From positions 30,814,001-30,878,000 of the forward strand of contig JBITNC010000002.1 of NCBI GenBank assembly GCA_050084985.1: a stretch of 64,000 nt of DNA. The letters run 5' to 3'. Made by a program: the position numbers and the translations under genes. Every line of letters begins with the position of its first letter. Positions within the stretch are counted from its first letter, which is position 1. Below are positions 12,825 to 24,851 of the stretch, in pieces. Origin of the DNA: Nageia nagi (Eukaryota > Plantae > Pinophyta). The notes under the pieces are model-generated. The model searched no databases. It saw nothing but the letters and a program-made list of their open reading frames with translations, and had not been told where the DNA came from.

Positions 12825-14634
12825 TTTATCATTGAACAAACTAATTAGTCAATTTCAGCCCAAAATGAATAAGATATATAGGAAATTTTATAAGTTTAAT
12901 TACAATGAGCTAGCTTATAGAAAGAAAGATGGCACATCAACTTTCTTTCCTAAGCCAAATCCTACAATTAGAAAGCAATTTACAAAATACAATAGGATGA
13001 TATGTTTTATCCCCAAACCACTACAGGCGCAAATGTCATAAGGAGAATAGAAACAATTGAACCAAGAAAAGTTATGTTTTATACTATATAGTCAAATAGA
13101 TAATAATAGTACTAATGTTGCATTTTTTTATATGTCTCTCCCTTATTCTCTATAATTTTGAAGGAATATAAGGATGCATATATGCTAAAGAAATAAATGT
13201 ATACAAGTTACATTTTTAGCAATGTAAAAGGTTCAAAGACCTTTCAAAACTCAGTATTTTCAATATCAATTTACATGATTGTAATAAAAAACATTGAATG
13301 GTGTTCATCCTTTCTTTCTTTCTTAATTTTGCATGCTTATCCCAAAAAGAAGTTTGCTATTTTTTTTCTAAACTATTGAGCATCATTTACACCCTTCTTC
13401 ATCTACTTTCTCTTTAAAATCTCGTGGAGGTAATATATTTTCCCTCCTTTCATTTTTTATAAACTTTTGGACTTCAAACATCATTACTACCAATATGGGA
13501 GATAAGTGGTGTTAGTACCATCCTTTATGCTTTGTGCCCTCTTTTCTTCTTATAATGAGATGACTTGTCATGTAGGTGCTTATCCTATCTTTGTTCAAAT
13601 GGAATAACAAGGTGATGATATGGTAAGTCATAATTTTCATCTACAACTTATAATTTTTCAAGCATTTATATATATATATATATATAACTAAGTTACCACT
13701 TAGCCTAAAAGTCTAATGCTTTAAGAAGATTGTTTTATCTTGTTTAGCTTATTGAATGCATTGGCATTTTATGTTTTATTTTTTATGAAACTTAATTATA
13801 TAAGATAATATTTTATCCTAATGTAGCATGATTTTTAGATTTCTTTAAGCTTCTAAATATACCTCTTAATGATGCTTTGTAAAAATATATGAACATATAA
13901 TCAAATACTAAATATTAAAGCAAATATAATCCATCACAAATAAATTGCCTAACACAATGTTTGATCTAGTGATCTTTTAAGAAGCTTCATAAGTATCCCA
14001 TAAATGAAATCATTCCCTATTTCTCATTATTTTGTCCCTCTTTCTCATGCACCTGTACAAGTTTTGTAAGCCCTATTAATGCATGACTTAAAACACATGA
14101 GAAAAGAGAAATATAGTATCTACATGTAACAAATATAAACATACAATATATCAAATAATAACTCTTTTCAAACATGAAATGCGAGTAATATATCATTCAT
14201 AATTGCATTACAACTTATGCTATCACTAATTAAGCTCACACATAATATTTTGTATCACAAATATCTTACAAAAAAAGAGTTTTCAAAATAGGATCCTCAC
14301 AACATAGATATCATAATCATAATTATCAAAATTCGTAGTAATGACCTTATTCTAATATTTACATAAATATGTTAGAATCTAAAATAATCACTTCCAATAT
14401 CATATATTATTATTAATATCTTCAATGCTTATTTTACTATATCTACTACTCAAATTTGAATTGATCCATTTTTACAAATACATTGTCTACTTAAAGATAA
14501 ATTTATTCTAGATAACCTTGGGTACAAATATATTCACATTGTTACTTAGTTTCTTGCTTATTGAATTTAGTTGTTGTTGATCTATAAAAATGAAAAAAAA
14601 GAACACAAAGGCATAAATATACAATATTGATAGT

Positions 14635-14836
14635 TTTATTATTATTATTATATTGAGGGAATTGGTAGGGAATCAAGTAACCCCTCTAAAAACCTTAGTT
14701 GCATCAAGTAAGCTTTTTAATGTAGCCATTAACATTAGCGCAACACATCTATTTAATTCTACAAGATATAGGGATTAATATTAGGACCTCACCTTCCTAA
14801 GGAGTAGCTTTGACTACTATGCTAAGCCTCCAAACC
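14635..14836 (-). mobile_element. tRNA-derived SINE (family 1) with 17-bp TSD
   Basis: Exact direct repeat TATACAATATTGATAGT at 14618-14634 and 14837-14853; A-box-like TAGCATAGTAG near the 5' end; (TAA)n tail; second copy at ~15160-15350. Confidence 0.8.
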
Positions 14837-14944
14837 TATACAATATTGATAGTGTGAGAACTCAACGAGATATTGTAATACATTAAATACAAAAAATATA
14901 TACATTACATAAATTATAATTAACCTCGTAATGTGAATATATAA

Positions 14945-15070
14945 CAAGTGAGATATGAAGGGATCCATGTGAAAGGTTCCAAGTTCCATTTCCACCCCTT
15001 AGATTGGTGATATTTAAAAACTCTTGATAGGTCCTACAAACCAATAGGTTTAAAGGACATTATATGTTGA
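14945..15070 (+). mobile_element. Degenerate SINE-like element (family 2)
   Basis: B-box-like AAGTTCCATTTCC then gtgatatttaaaaa...ttgatagg...caataggttt, homologous to the minus-strand copies at 43375-43710. Confidence 0.5.
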
Positions 15071-15159
15071 CTTTACTTTTTCTATATAAGGAAATAGATA
15101 ACATATAGTTTTAAAAATAAGAAAAAATGATCTTAACTCATCTATATAAAGAATATATT

Positions 15160-15350
15160 ACATAGGCTTAAAACTTTGATATAAGGGTCAAAGCTACTCA
15201 TTAAGGGAGGGAAGGTTTAACATTAATCCCTTAGATCTCATAGAATCGAATGATTGTATTATGCTAATATTCTTGCTATATCACAAAATTTATTCAATAT
15301 AATTGAAATTTATAGAAGAATTACCCAATTCCCAGTATAATATATTACAC
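15160..15350 (+). mobile_element. Second, more decayed family-1 SINE copy, inverted relative to 14635-14836
   Basis: Shares gtcaaagctactc, attaatccc, tagaat, gctaat and aattccc in the same order as the TSD-bounded copy. Confidence 0.55.
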
Positions 15351-17099
15351 AATTTAATCCAATTATATAAAATGATAAAAATTTGAATAAAATGAATATA
15401 TTCCAAAAATCAACTCTTTAATGAGCTCACACCTTAACTTACACATAGAACATTCTTATCTTTAGAAAATTCAAACCAACTTTGAGTTAGAGGAGTTGGG
15501 AGCCAGGGTTTAAAATTGATGGGTGGGTCAACTTTTCGTTTGAAGAGTTGATTTTACCTTATACCCTTCAAGATTAACAGGTAAATATTTTTTTATACTT
15601 CAATTGAAAATTTTAGTAAGTAATATCTCATCAATAATAAAAACATTATTGTGTGATCTCTTAGTATTTGTTGTTGGTATTGTATAATCAAGGTAAATTT
15701 GAAGCTAATGTAAAGTATTTTTTTACATTAAGCTTCCATTTGTAGTTGGATTCAATAAGCTTGTTTCATTCATTTTACGAAAATGCAGATGATTAATAGA
15801 TGGAACTTACTTGTTCTATAGTGTAGAGATTTTACTGAATTAATTATCATAAACGTATTGGTTTTGACTTATGTTACCAGGTCTTCTCTTCAAAAAACTA
15901 TGAAGGAGTACTATCCACTATATCTTTTCATTTCTAGAATAATTTTAAACTCAAAAGGATAGATGGCATTTTTTCTTACTAGGAAAAAAATGTCAAATAC
16001 ATGCCATGAGAATCCTTGGAGAGTTGGGACTTGCACTACATTTTTGGATTATCCACCTTTAGCACCTCAACATAAGGAGATTTATTGTATAGCCATTTAC
16101 ACATGTAACTCATGTCTCTCCAAGCATTATTACAAATTTGTAATTGAGAAATCAAAGAATCAGAATTCATTGGTTATTTCATTAAAATAGCTCAATAAAC
16201 TACACAAAATTGAAGGCTTGTCAGTTGCCACTAATTCACACCATAAAATAATTCTCATCTATAATATAAACCAAAAGCTTCATAAGCAAAGGATAAAATG
16301 AAATTAAAGAGAGCACCAACCATTACTCTAGGTTTCAAGTTATTTTTGTTGTGCATTTCTCCTTTATCCTTCATTCTCCTTGCTCTTATAAGCTTCCCCT
16401 TATAGCCAACCTAGCCAGCTAAACTACAAGTTGAGTGGTTTATGTGTTTTAGCCTAGGTCCACTTTATGCATTTAATTGTATTAAAGACATTCATATTTA
16501 GTGAAATAAAATGTAGTTAGACTTGATACCTACTCATCACTCCTTACTTTACTACAATGAAAAACTATTATACTATTTTCAAATTTGAAGGTTGTCCCAT
16601 GTCTCTTACATCATGTTCTATGATTGGATTAGATTATTTTGATAAAGTGTATGGTTCTTTACCATACATGAGTCGTTATTTGTTAAACTTATTCCTAGCA
16701 TGCTTTTAGTCCTACTTCACGAATTAATATATTTAAAAAAATTGATGAGTATTTTTCAAACTAGCCCTTGTAATGAAATTTTGAAAATTATTCCATCCTT
16801 CCTATTTGATAGACATTCTAAATTTGACTTTGTCAAATGAAAAGTATATTTTGAAAGCCTCATTGAAGAGTAAAACTCCTTTTGAAGAGCATTGAAGGGT
16901 TCAATTTTGAACCTTATTGGGAGCTGATGTGAGAGACCCTCCTTATATTTTCCTTTACGTTTAAGTAGAGAAAAGAAAATCTTATTAAATAGATAAGCAG
17001 ACGAGGTACACTTTAACGACTTTTAATGAAAAAGATAGCTCATGCAAAATGTAATTAAAAAATAACATCCATCCTAATAATTGTCATTAAAAAAGTAGC

Positions 17100-17460
17100 C
17101 AACCTTAACGATTTAACATCCTAACTTTGTCCATACAAATGTATCTAACGCCATTGGGCACGCATGTAAACCTCTCCTGGTCAACAACACCACTACGTGG
17201 CATTTTACGCATGAATTCCATGAAAATCGGCAATTTAATCGGCTTTTCCAGGTGAAATTGCACGGTTTTCAACCTCTCCATGGTGGATTTCAAGGTCATT
17301 TCCGTTGATTTTTCTTTGAGGTTTTCAAGATTTTGAACCTCTTCTTCCCGGAAATTTCCGTGATTGGAGGTTTGAATCCCTTTCCAAGTAAAATAGATCC
17401 TTAACAATGCATTTACAGCCAAATCCCTTGTTATTTACTCAGTTTCTGATCTTTATGACG
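17100..17460 (+). promoter_or_regulatory. Putative UGD proximal promoter (CpG-retaining) with ACGT-core motif
   Basis: Abrupt rise in CpG density relative to the flanks; TACGTGGC (ABRE/G-box-like) at ~17194-17201; two ACGCATG motifs. TSS not determinable. Confidence 0.4.
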
Positions 17461-18569
17461 CTTGTTAGGTTATTTTGACGGTTCTCCGTGTAAAACGCGT
17501 TAAAGAGGTGTAATATTCTTTGAATTATTTGTGGTAGGGTCCTTCCGGAACTGCAGGCAGTCAGATCTCAAAGGACTTGGAGATTTTGAAGATAATTATT
17601 TAAACAAGGTTGAGGAAATAGTACTGGCGCCGATCTTTTGGAATTGTTCTTGACCTCGGATACGTGGTTTATTGTCTCTCCAAGGCTAAGAAAGAGTAAG
17701 GCGTTAAATAAGCACTGCATTTTAGTTGATCTCTTTGTTTTAGCACTTCAGAGACCTAGATCCCCCAAACGTGACGCGATTGTGGCTGTTTGACAGGTTC
17801 TTTTGGCGGAGATCTGTTGGCATTTTCGTTTTTTTGGTTGATTTTCGTAATAGGTAATGTAGGTTTCCGAAATATCTTGTGTGTAGCTTTAATTCCGCCA
17901 GATCTGGATCTTTTACATGTTTACTTCAAAGTCTGCTAGAAGCTGGAGAGTTGTTGGATTATTTGGATTTTGTTGCATCTAGGCTCAAATTTGTGGTAAA
18001 TTACAGATTTATATTTTTCGAATTATTTGTTCGTTAGGTTTTCTACATGAAATTCTTCTAATTTCTGATAATTTGTTAAAATTATAAATAAAATTTTCCA
18101 AATCTTAGTTGCATTTGCTCTTAAATTTCCTGTGCTTGACTGAATTCTACGGGATTGCTCAAATCTGTTTGGGCTATATGTTAATTCGTACGTTTTTGTT
18201 TTCTTCATGCATTTTCAATTTGAATTTCCACGGATCTGGTGGTTTGGCACGCGAATTATACAGATCTGGTCATAAGAAAGTTTTTAAGTCATGCTGAATA
18301 TTTGAATTTTTAGATGTTTTTAAGATGTCTCGTGGCTTTGAATAGTGCCATGCATCTTCTCATTTTTGCTTTATTTTGCTGTGCATGCACATTGTTTGTA
18401 TTTAAAATTCCTTATTCTTTCACGAAAATCTCCAATGTATATCTCTTTTTCCTCGCCTAAGAGATTTTTCAGGAGCAGTCCTGGATTGTACGATATTTTG
18501 AAATGATCTTTGGCATTTTAATTCTGCTGGACTAAAAATTTACAGATCAACTTCATCTAGCGTAATGTT

Positions 18570-18623
18570 TCTTGATTTGTTTTGAACTTGCCTGATTTGT
18601 AAATTCGTATGACTCTAAAGTAG
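18570..18623 (+). promoter_or_regulatory. 3' end of the putative 5'UTR intron of UGD (acceptor AG at 18622-18623)
   Basis: T-rich tract ending TAG|GTGAAAATG, 6 nt before the ATG. A 5'UTR intron with an intronless CDS is typical of plant UGD genes. The donor cannot be fixed (candidate GT sites near 17696 and 17854). Confidence 0.55.
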
Positions 18624-18629
18624 GTGAAA

Positions 18630-20069
18630 ATGGTGAAGATCTGCTGCCTTGGAGCTGGATATGTTGGTGGCCCAACAATGGCTGTCATTGCTTTGAAATG
18701 CCCTGCCATTGAAGTTGTTGTTGTTGATATCTCAGAAGCTCGGATTGCTGCTTGGAACAGTGATCAGCTACCTATTTATGAGCCTGGTCTTGAAGAGGTT
18801 GTGAAGAGTTGTAGAGGGAAAAACCTCTTTTTCAGTTCTGATTTGGAGAAGCATGTTATGGAAGCAGACATCATCTTCGTTTCTGTCAATACACCAACGA
18901 AAACACGAGGTCTTGGGGCTGGAAAAGCTGCGGATCTAACCTATTGGGAAAGTGCGGCCAGAATGATTGCAGATGTTTCCAAATCTGACAAAATTGTTGT
19001 GGAAAAATCCACTGTTCCAGTGAAAACGGCAGAAGCAATTGAAAAAATTCTTACTCACAACAGCAAGGGAATTAATTTCCAGATTCTTTCAAATCCAGAG
19101 TTTCTTGCTGAGGGAACAGCAATTCAAGACCTTTTCAAACCTGATCGTGTCCTTATTGGAGGAAGGGAGACTCCTGAAGGGCAGAAGGCAGTTGAAGCTT
19201 TGAAAGCAGTTTATGCAAACTGGGTTCCGGAAGATAGGATTATTACAACAAATTTGTGGTCTGCTGAACTCTCTAAACTTGCTGCAAATGCATTTCTGGC
19301 TCAGAGGATTTCATCAGTGAATGCAATGTCAGCCTTGTGTGAAGCAACTGGTGCAGATGTTTCAGAAGTTGCTTATGCTGTTGGTAAAGATTCAAGAATT
19401 GGTCCCAAGTTTTTGAATGCTAGCGTTGGATTTGGTGGATCTTGCTTTCAGAAGGATATTTTGAACCTGGTTTACATTTGTGAGTGTAATGGGCTTATGG
19501 AGGTAGCAAACTACTGGAAACAGGTTATTAAGATCAATGACTATCAGAAATCTAGATTTGTGAATCGTGTGGTTGCCTCAATGTTCAACACAGTTGCAGG
19601 AAAGAAGATTGCCATTCTTGGGTTTGCTTTCAAGAAAGATACTGGTGATACCCGAGAAACTCCTGCAATTGATGTGTGTAAGGGGCTTCTTGGGGACAAA
19701 GCAAATATCAGCATTTATGATCCACAAGTAACAGAGGATCAGATTCAGAGGGATCTTTCCATGAACAAATTCGATTGGGATCATCCTCCTCATTTGCAAC
19801 CAATGAGCCCTTCAGCTATCAAGCAAGTTAGTGTTGTTTGGGATGCTTATGAAGCTACAAAGGATGCTCATGGAGTATGCATTTTGACAGAGTGGGATGA
19901 GTTCAAGAAGCTGGACTATCAGAAGATCTACGATAATATGCAGAAACCTGCATTCATATTTGATGGCCGAAACATTGTAGATGTTGAGAAGCTGAGGAAG
20001 ATGGGTTTTATTGTATACTCTATTGGCAAGCCTCTTGATCCATGGATGAAAGACCTCCCTGCAGCCTAG
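18630..20069 (+). CDS. UGD: UDP-glucose 6-dehydrogenase (479 aa), intronless CDS
   Basis: [14 protein letters not shown] Rossmann start, [16 protein letters not shown], catalytic [26 protein letters not shown]. True start is ATG 18630, not the GTG at 18624 used by the ORF track. Confidence 0.98.
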   Translation: MVKICCLGAGYVGGPTMAVIALKCPAIEVVVVDISEARIAAWNSDQLPIYEPGLEEVVKSCRGKNLFFSSDLEKHVMEADIIFVSVNTPTKTRGLGAGKAADLTYWESAARMIADVSKSDKIVVEKSTVPVKTAEAIEKILTHNSKGINFQILSNPEFLAEGTAIQDLFKPDRVLIGGRETPEGQKAVEALKAVYANWVPEDRIITTNLWSAELSKLAANAFLAQRISSVNAMSALCEATGADVSEVAYAVGKDSRIGPKFLNASVGFGGSCFQKDILNLVYICECNGLMEVANYWKQVIKINDYQKSRFVNRVVASMFNTVAGKKIAILGFAFKKDTGDTRETPAIDVCKGLLGDKANISIYDPQVTEDQIQRDLSMNKFDWDHPPHLQPMSPSAIKQVSVVWDAYEATKDAHGVCILTEWDEFKKLDYQKIYDNMQKPAFIFDGRNIVDVEKLRKMGFIVYSIGKPLDPWMKDLPAA

Positions 20070-20304
20070 ATGACTTTGAATTTTTGCGGAGGCACACATG
20101 GGTGTGTAACTCCATCATTGAAGAGAATCTCTTAGGAGGCGAGTAGTTATATTCTCAATTGTGAGAAATTGCAGAAATGAATTTCACTTCCGTGTTAATT
20201 AGGGTGAAGTTATTCTATATCATTATTTGTAGGATATTTATATTTAAGAAGCATTGATATATGTCAAATGATTAGGAGGTTCAGTTTTTTTTTCTTACTT
20301 TTGA

Positions 20305-20322
20305 TTTTAAATAAATAAATAT
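20305..20322 (+). terminator. Candidate polyadenylation signal(s) of UGD
   Basis: Overlapping AATAAA motifs (aaataaataaat) ~240 nt after the stop, preceded by a U-rich tract. Confidence 0.35.
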
Positions 20323-21239
20323 TCATTATGCAGAATTCTTTCAGGCTTAAGAAAACTGTTTGAAGTTGAATTTGCAAGTCCTTAAAGACTTAGCCATTTC
20401 TGATTATGAAAATAACTTAGGTTCTATTTTCCTAGTTATTTAGATATTTAAGGCCTTGGTAGTTCTCAGAATTTCATTTACCTTATATAGCATGTAGGGA
20501 TGACCCACTTTATCAAGTTATTTGTCTCAAATTTAATTTGTCCCGATCAGCTTAATAAAATACTTATAATCAAGATGCTTTTGTTAATACTATAACTTCA
20601 GATTTGTAGTCCCTAATCAACCTGCATAATTTTAGGCTTGTTGGTGGAAGAATTGGATTAATTTACCACTTTTTTCTTACAGGGGGTCATCTTTCCCTTT
20701 CCCTTATCCTCTCTCTTGACTGATATTTCACTTCTTTTGCTAGGGTTTTATGTTTCCATCAAGGGTTTTAAAACTCAGCCACGTCCTTTTAACTAAGGCT
20801 CTGAACACTTCTCATCACAAACTTTTAAGGGCAATCAACAAAACTCACTCAAAATTACTGTTTATCACTTCTTAATGAATTCAAGTAAACATATAAGAAG
20901 GTAGTATTTAATTAACATGTTACATGTTCTGGAGTTTTGAAGTTATTTACCTTCTCCTTTCTAAATTGTCATTGCTTTCCCCGTTAGATATCTTCATATC
21001 TAATGGATTATCTTTGAAAGAGAGGCTGTTACATATATTTTGGTTGCATTAAAATTTAAAACCAGCAGAATAAACCTGTGAATGACATTTAAATACTAGT
21101 CGGGATTTCTGCTATATTGTTATGCATTTTTGACTTATTTGTTCTTTTCTGTCAAATATGATTACAATAACCCTGCTTTAGAATATTTAGTAAAAAATTG
21201 TTTCAGATGCTCAATTTGTAAAATATAGATTGCATTGAT

Positions 21240-21750
21240 TTGTTTTCTGTTTCAAATTCGTCAGTAATTGCAATTGAAATTTCAAATATTGAGTGAACTT
21301 ATGATGTATGCTTTATAACAAATTGCAATTTTTACAATAATTCGTGAATCAAATAAAATACTTCAAATATTTGCAAAATAAAAATACAATTGGAGGCACA
21401 AAATGGAACACCTTATATATATATATATATAATATATATTGATGTATGCTTTATAACAAATTGCAATTTTTACAATAATTCGTAAATCAAATAAAATACT
21501 TCAAATATTTGCAAAATAAAAATACAATTGGAGGCTCAAAATGGAACACTTTATATATATATATATATATTTGTTTTATCTGTTTCAAATTCATCTTAGT
21601 AATTGCAAGTGGAATTTGAAATATTGAGTGAACTTATGATTTATGCTTTGTATAACATAATTGCAAATTTTACAATAATTCATAAATAAAATGAAACACT
21701 TCAAATATTTGCAAAATAAAAATACAATTAGAGGCTCAAAATGGAACAAT
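21240..21750. repeat. Local tandem triplication (~130-200-bp units) separated by (TA)n
   Basis: gatgtatgctttataac...cttcaaatatttgcaaaataaaaatacaatt.gaggc.caaaatggaaca occurs three times (~21303, ~21441, ~21637). Confidence 0.85.
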
Positions 21751-22979
21751 CAATATAATACAAAGCATACATAAAGTGGTTGCTACTGTTTTTTCATCTG
21801 CAGATTATGTCCAGGACTCTTTGTACAGTTCATGAACCCATTTTTGTTATTTGTAGTTTGTATTGCATTCTGTTCAGATTATTCTGCATAATACATTTCT
21901 AGAAGCACTTCCAAACCTTGAAGACCATATTGACCACTGTTGACAGTACAAATTTTGATTGATGAAGTGTTCTTCTATATGCAGGACTGTAGTAGTCTAT
22001 TACACATATGATTGATGCTAGGGGGATTTGTTTTGCATAATTATACCGTCTCTCAGATAGATGCTTTGATCAATTACCTTTGTCTTTCGGAGATCAGGGT
22101 GTGAAGAACAGGTTGTTGCAGAAATTATTGCAGGTATGCTCTTTCCTTTTTGACAGCCTTCACACCCTGAAATCTGTTCCACTATAGACAAGGTTCAAAG
22201 CCACAAACAGAACTGTCCTGCTACATACATTGTGCTCTAGGTGGCCCTTTACAGGATCAAATACCGTTCATGCCCAATTGCGCTCAACACATCAGGTCTT
22301 TAAAGGAAGATTAGGTTGATAGGAAAGATGCGAAGGGAGGTTGATAATGTTGACTGTCAAATTGTGGCGAAAGACTCAACATTGAGGGTTTTGCCTAAGC
22401 TGCTATGTTGAAGAGACTGGTTTATGATGTTGGTCGTGAAAGTTATCATAGATCATGAAAAGTTAGTTTTTTGAGTATATAATTGGTAGGTTCCATTTTT
22501 TATCATGAGTTTGCTGCGATGCATTTGTTTCGTTCTTAATTCCTACCTACAATGTCTCCACTTCCCGGCTATTAGGATGGAATTCATTTTTACAAAATGT
22601 CTTCACTTTGGCAAAGTAGATCATGTGGACCGAAACTGTGGGTTTGAGATAAAGTTGCCTTCTACAGCCTCTGTTTACCATGGGAGGAATTTCCATCAAA
22701 TTAAGGAACTGTGAACTTGAATTAGAGCAGAAATCTGTGAAAGACTTGATTTGATTGAATGATCATAATGACACAATTTCAACCCTAGGCTCTTGTATAA
22801 GTTTAAATTAAAGATTTTCACCATGGAGAGACAAGTTCTTGAATTCTAAATTCTTTAGATTTCCAATTGATTTCATTGAAATCTAACACAATTTTTTTTG
22901 GCAGATAATCCAAGGATCATTAAGAACAAGGCGGGTGGGAAAAAATCACACTAAGCATAAATTGTTTGAATGAATGATT

Positions 22980-23130
22980 GTCAATATTTGCCTCTCCACA
23001 GAAGGTGAGTTTGTAAAGTGGGTAATTTCCATTGTGGAGGCCTTAGATCAAATCCTAACATTCTTCTTGTGCAGGCTTTGGAGTTTAAGTACTTTTCTCC
23101 AACATTAAAAAAAAGGTTTGTCAAAAAAAA
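22980..23130 (+). mobile_element. Possible decayed tRNA-derived SINE
   Basis: A-box-like AAAGTGGGTAA, B-box-like AGATCAAATCC, two terminal A-runs; no convincing TSD. Confidence 0.3.
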
Positions 23131-23463
23131 ATTGATTGGCTAGATCTGATAACTCCAATTTATTAACAGAAAGATTAAGTATTCACCATCAAACAAAGAG
23201 CCATTAAGTGAGAAACTCATCTAGAGAACTTTTTATTTATTTAAAAAGCGGTAAATATATTTATAAAAAAACAAGAGTTCTGAAAGGATCTTTGAACCTT
23301 CTACATCCAAAAATTGGTATTTGAGATAAATGAGAATCGAAGCATTACATTTGAAAAAGTATAGCATAATACAATTCAGAAGACCGAAGCATTACATATA
23401 TGAAAAGCTAAACATAAAAGTCTGATAATAAAAAATCATTTGTACTATTACGTTCATAACTAC

Positions 23464-24851
23464 TCAGCCTTCTGCATCTAGAGTGGCTTTGGAGAAAACC
23501 CTATGCACATTGAAGGGACCTTGATGTATTCCAATATCAAATCCTAATTTAACTATATCTTCACCCACTTCAAATCTAAATGGAATTTTCCTACAAGTAT
23601 ACTTACAAAACTTAACATACATTTATTTCCTAGCTATTTGAATCCTCGAGGGCTTGACAGGTAGTCCTTTGAACATTGCATTCGGCTAGCCTTGGCTCCA
23701 AAGGGCTTACACTAGCATCTTGTTATGGATTTGAGAATTGCAACATGCGTATCACTTGTTTTGGTGGGGGATTGCTTTGTTCTTCTACCTTTGCCAATTT
23801 CTCTCTTTTAGATTGTAACAACTCCAGTTCTTTTCTAATTGGTTGTTCTTCTTGCTCAACTTGTGCTACTTGAATTTCCTCCTTTAGGGGTTCTGACTTT
23901 TAAGTATACTACATGTATCCCTTCTCTGAGGGTCTTTGTCCTGGTTTGCTCCTTCTAGCCCCTAGTTCGGCTTAAAATGCCCTGTTTAAGAACATCAATA
24001 TCTATTATGCATTTCTCCTCTTCTGCATTCTTTTCTTTGTTTTGCATTCGTTTCCTTTTACCCTACCATGTGGGGAATGTCTTCATCACTTTCTCCTCAT
24101 GTATTTGTTCAATATTCATCCTCTCACTCATGTTGAAGATGATTGTGCTTTATTTTGGTTGGGTCTACGTTTCTTTTTAATCACTTTGTTCAAAGGGACA
24201 TCCTCTTCCTCGTCAATAACCATGTTAGTAATTGGATTGGCCCTAGGTTTTTTTGCAAGGGCAACATCATAAACCAATTTACTCACAGTTTGGTGGAGCG
24301 AGAATTCACTTCTATTATGCTTAATCTTCTTCATCGATGTTCCCATTGAAAGTAGTATGACAAAAGAGAAATTGGTTGCTTCATTTTAAAGTTTAAAGTG
24401 ATTCAACATTACTATGTGAAAGGTATATACCTCTTTGTACCTCTAGTCCAGTGAAATATACTTCATAATATGCTTTGCTACTTTATCCCATGGTAGAGGA
24501 AGATTCAATCTATGGCACTCTCTCATGTACTTCAAAATTTGAACATCCTCACCTTTGAATTTTTGGACCTTTTCCATCTTTTTTAGTTTAATATTTCGTC
24601 TTATCTCTTTACCCTCATTTTTCAAGAAGGTAGCTAGTAATTGTCTCTATTGTGAATTCCAGTTGCATGCCATTAACTTGACATCTCCCTTCCTCACAAA
24701 TCCATTTCCTAGCACAATTGTGTATCAAACCCCTTGCATGCCTCCATAAACTACTACAATCCTCCATCACAAAGAATTTGCCATAGCTTCGGGTGTCTTC
24801 TTGCATTTATGGTATATATGGGCTCTTTGAAAATTAACTTTTCCCCCACAT
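23464..24851 (-). pseudogene. Extra LINE-borne ORF, copy 2 (~460 codons, decayed)
   Basis: GEKLIFKEPIYTINARR / FMEACKGFD / TFLKNEGK / LPWDKVAKHIMKYISLD / MLNHFK / LHQTVSKLVYD, then a K/E-rich linker, LAECNV and MYVKFCKY, ending at TGA 23464. Confidence 0.7.

Larger units (their letters stand above)
10142..13291. mobile_element. L1-type LINE copy 1: 5'-truncated, with inverted 5' segment (10142-~12824, minus) joined to the 3' end and A-tail (~12825-13291, plus)
   Basis: Minus-strand ORF2 C-terminus (LIKSTL...RFLWNG; NRCSLCTQVEETTYHIFLNC zf-RVT), then an extra ORF. The plus-strand piece ends in aaaggttcaaagacctttcaaaac...aataaaaaa, matching the 3' tail of copy 2. Confidence 0.75.

Noticed and set aside
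12830-13298. Independent plus-strand LINE 3' fragment with a CATTGAA TSD
   Set aside because: The fragment begins exactly where the minus-strand copy breaks off, so inversion is more parsimonious; kept only as an alternative.
13330-13640. Continuation of LINE RT (LSPIL-like motif) right of the tail
   Set aside because: Only a weak five-residue resemblance, and it lies outside the inferred element boundary.
17105-17422. 105-aa minus-strand ORF in the UGD promoter
   Set aside because: Non-ATG start, no motifs, explained by higher local GC.
18624-18629. GTG start adding MK to UGD in the ORF track
   Set aside because: Plant UGDs begin MVKICC; the GTG follows the likely splice acceptor and is 5'UTR.
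19578-20099. Antisense ORFs inside UGD
   Set aside because: Shadow ORFs of the real CDS with no recognisable motifs.
22300-22340. Weak resemblance to large-subunit rRNA (gttgatagg)
   Set aside because: Too short; flanks show no rRNA similarity.
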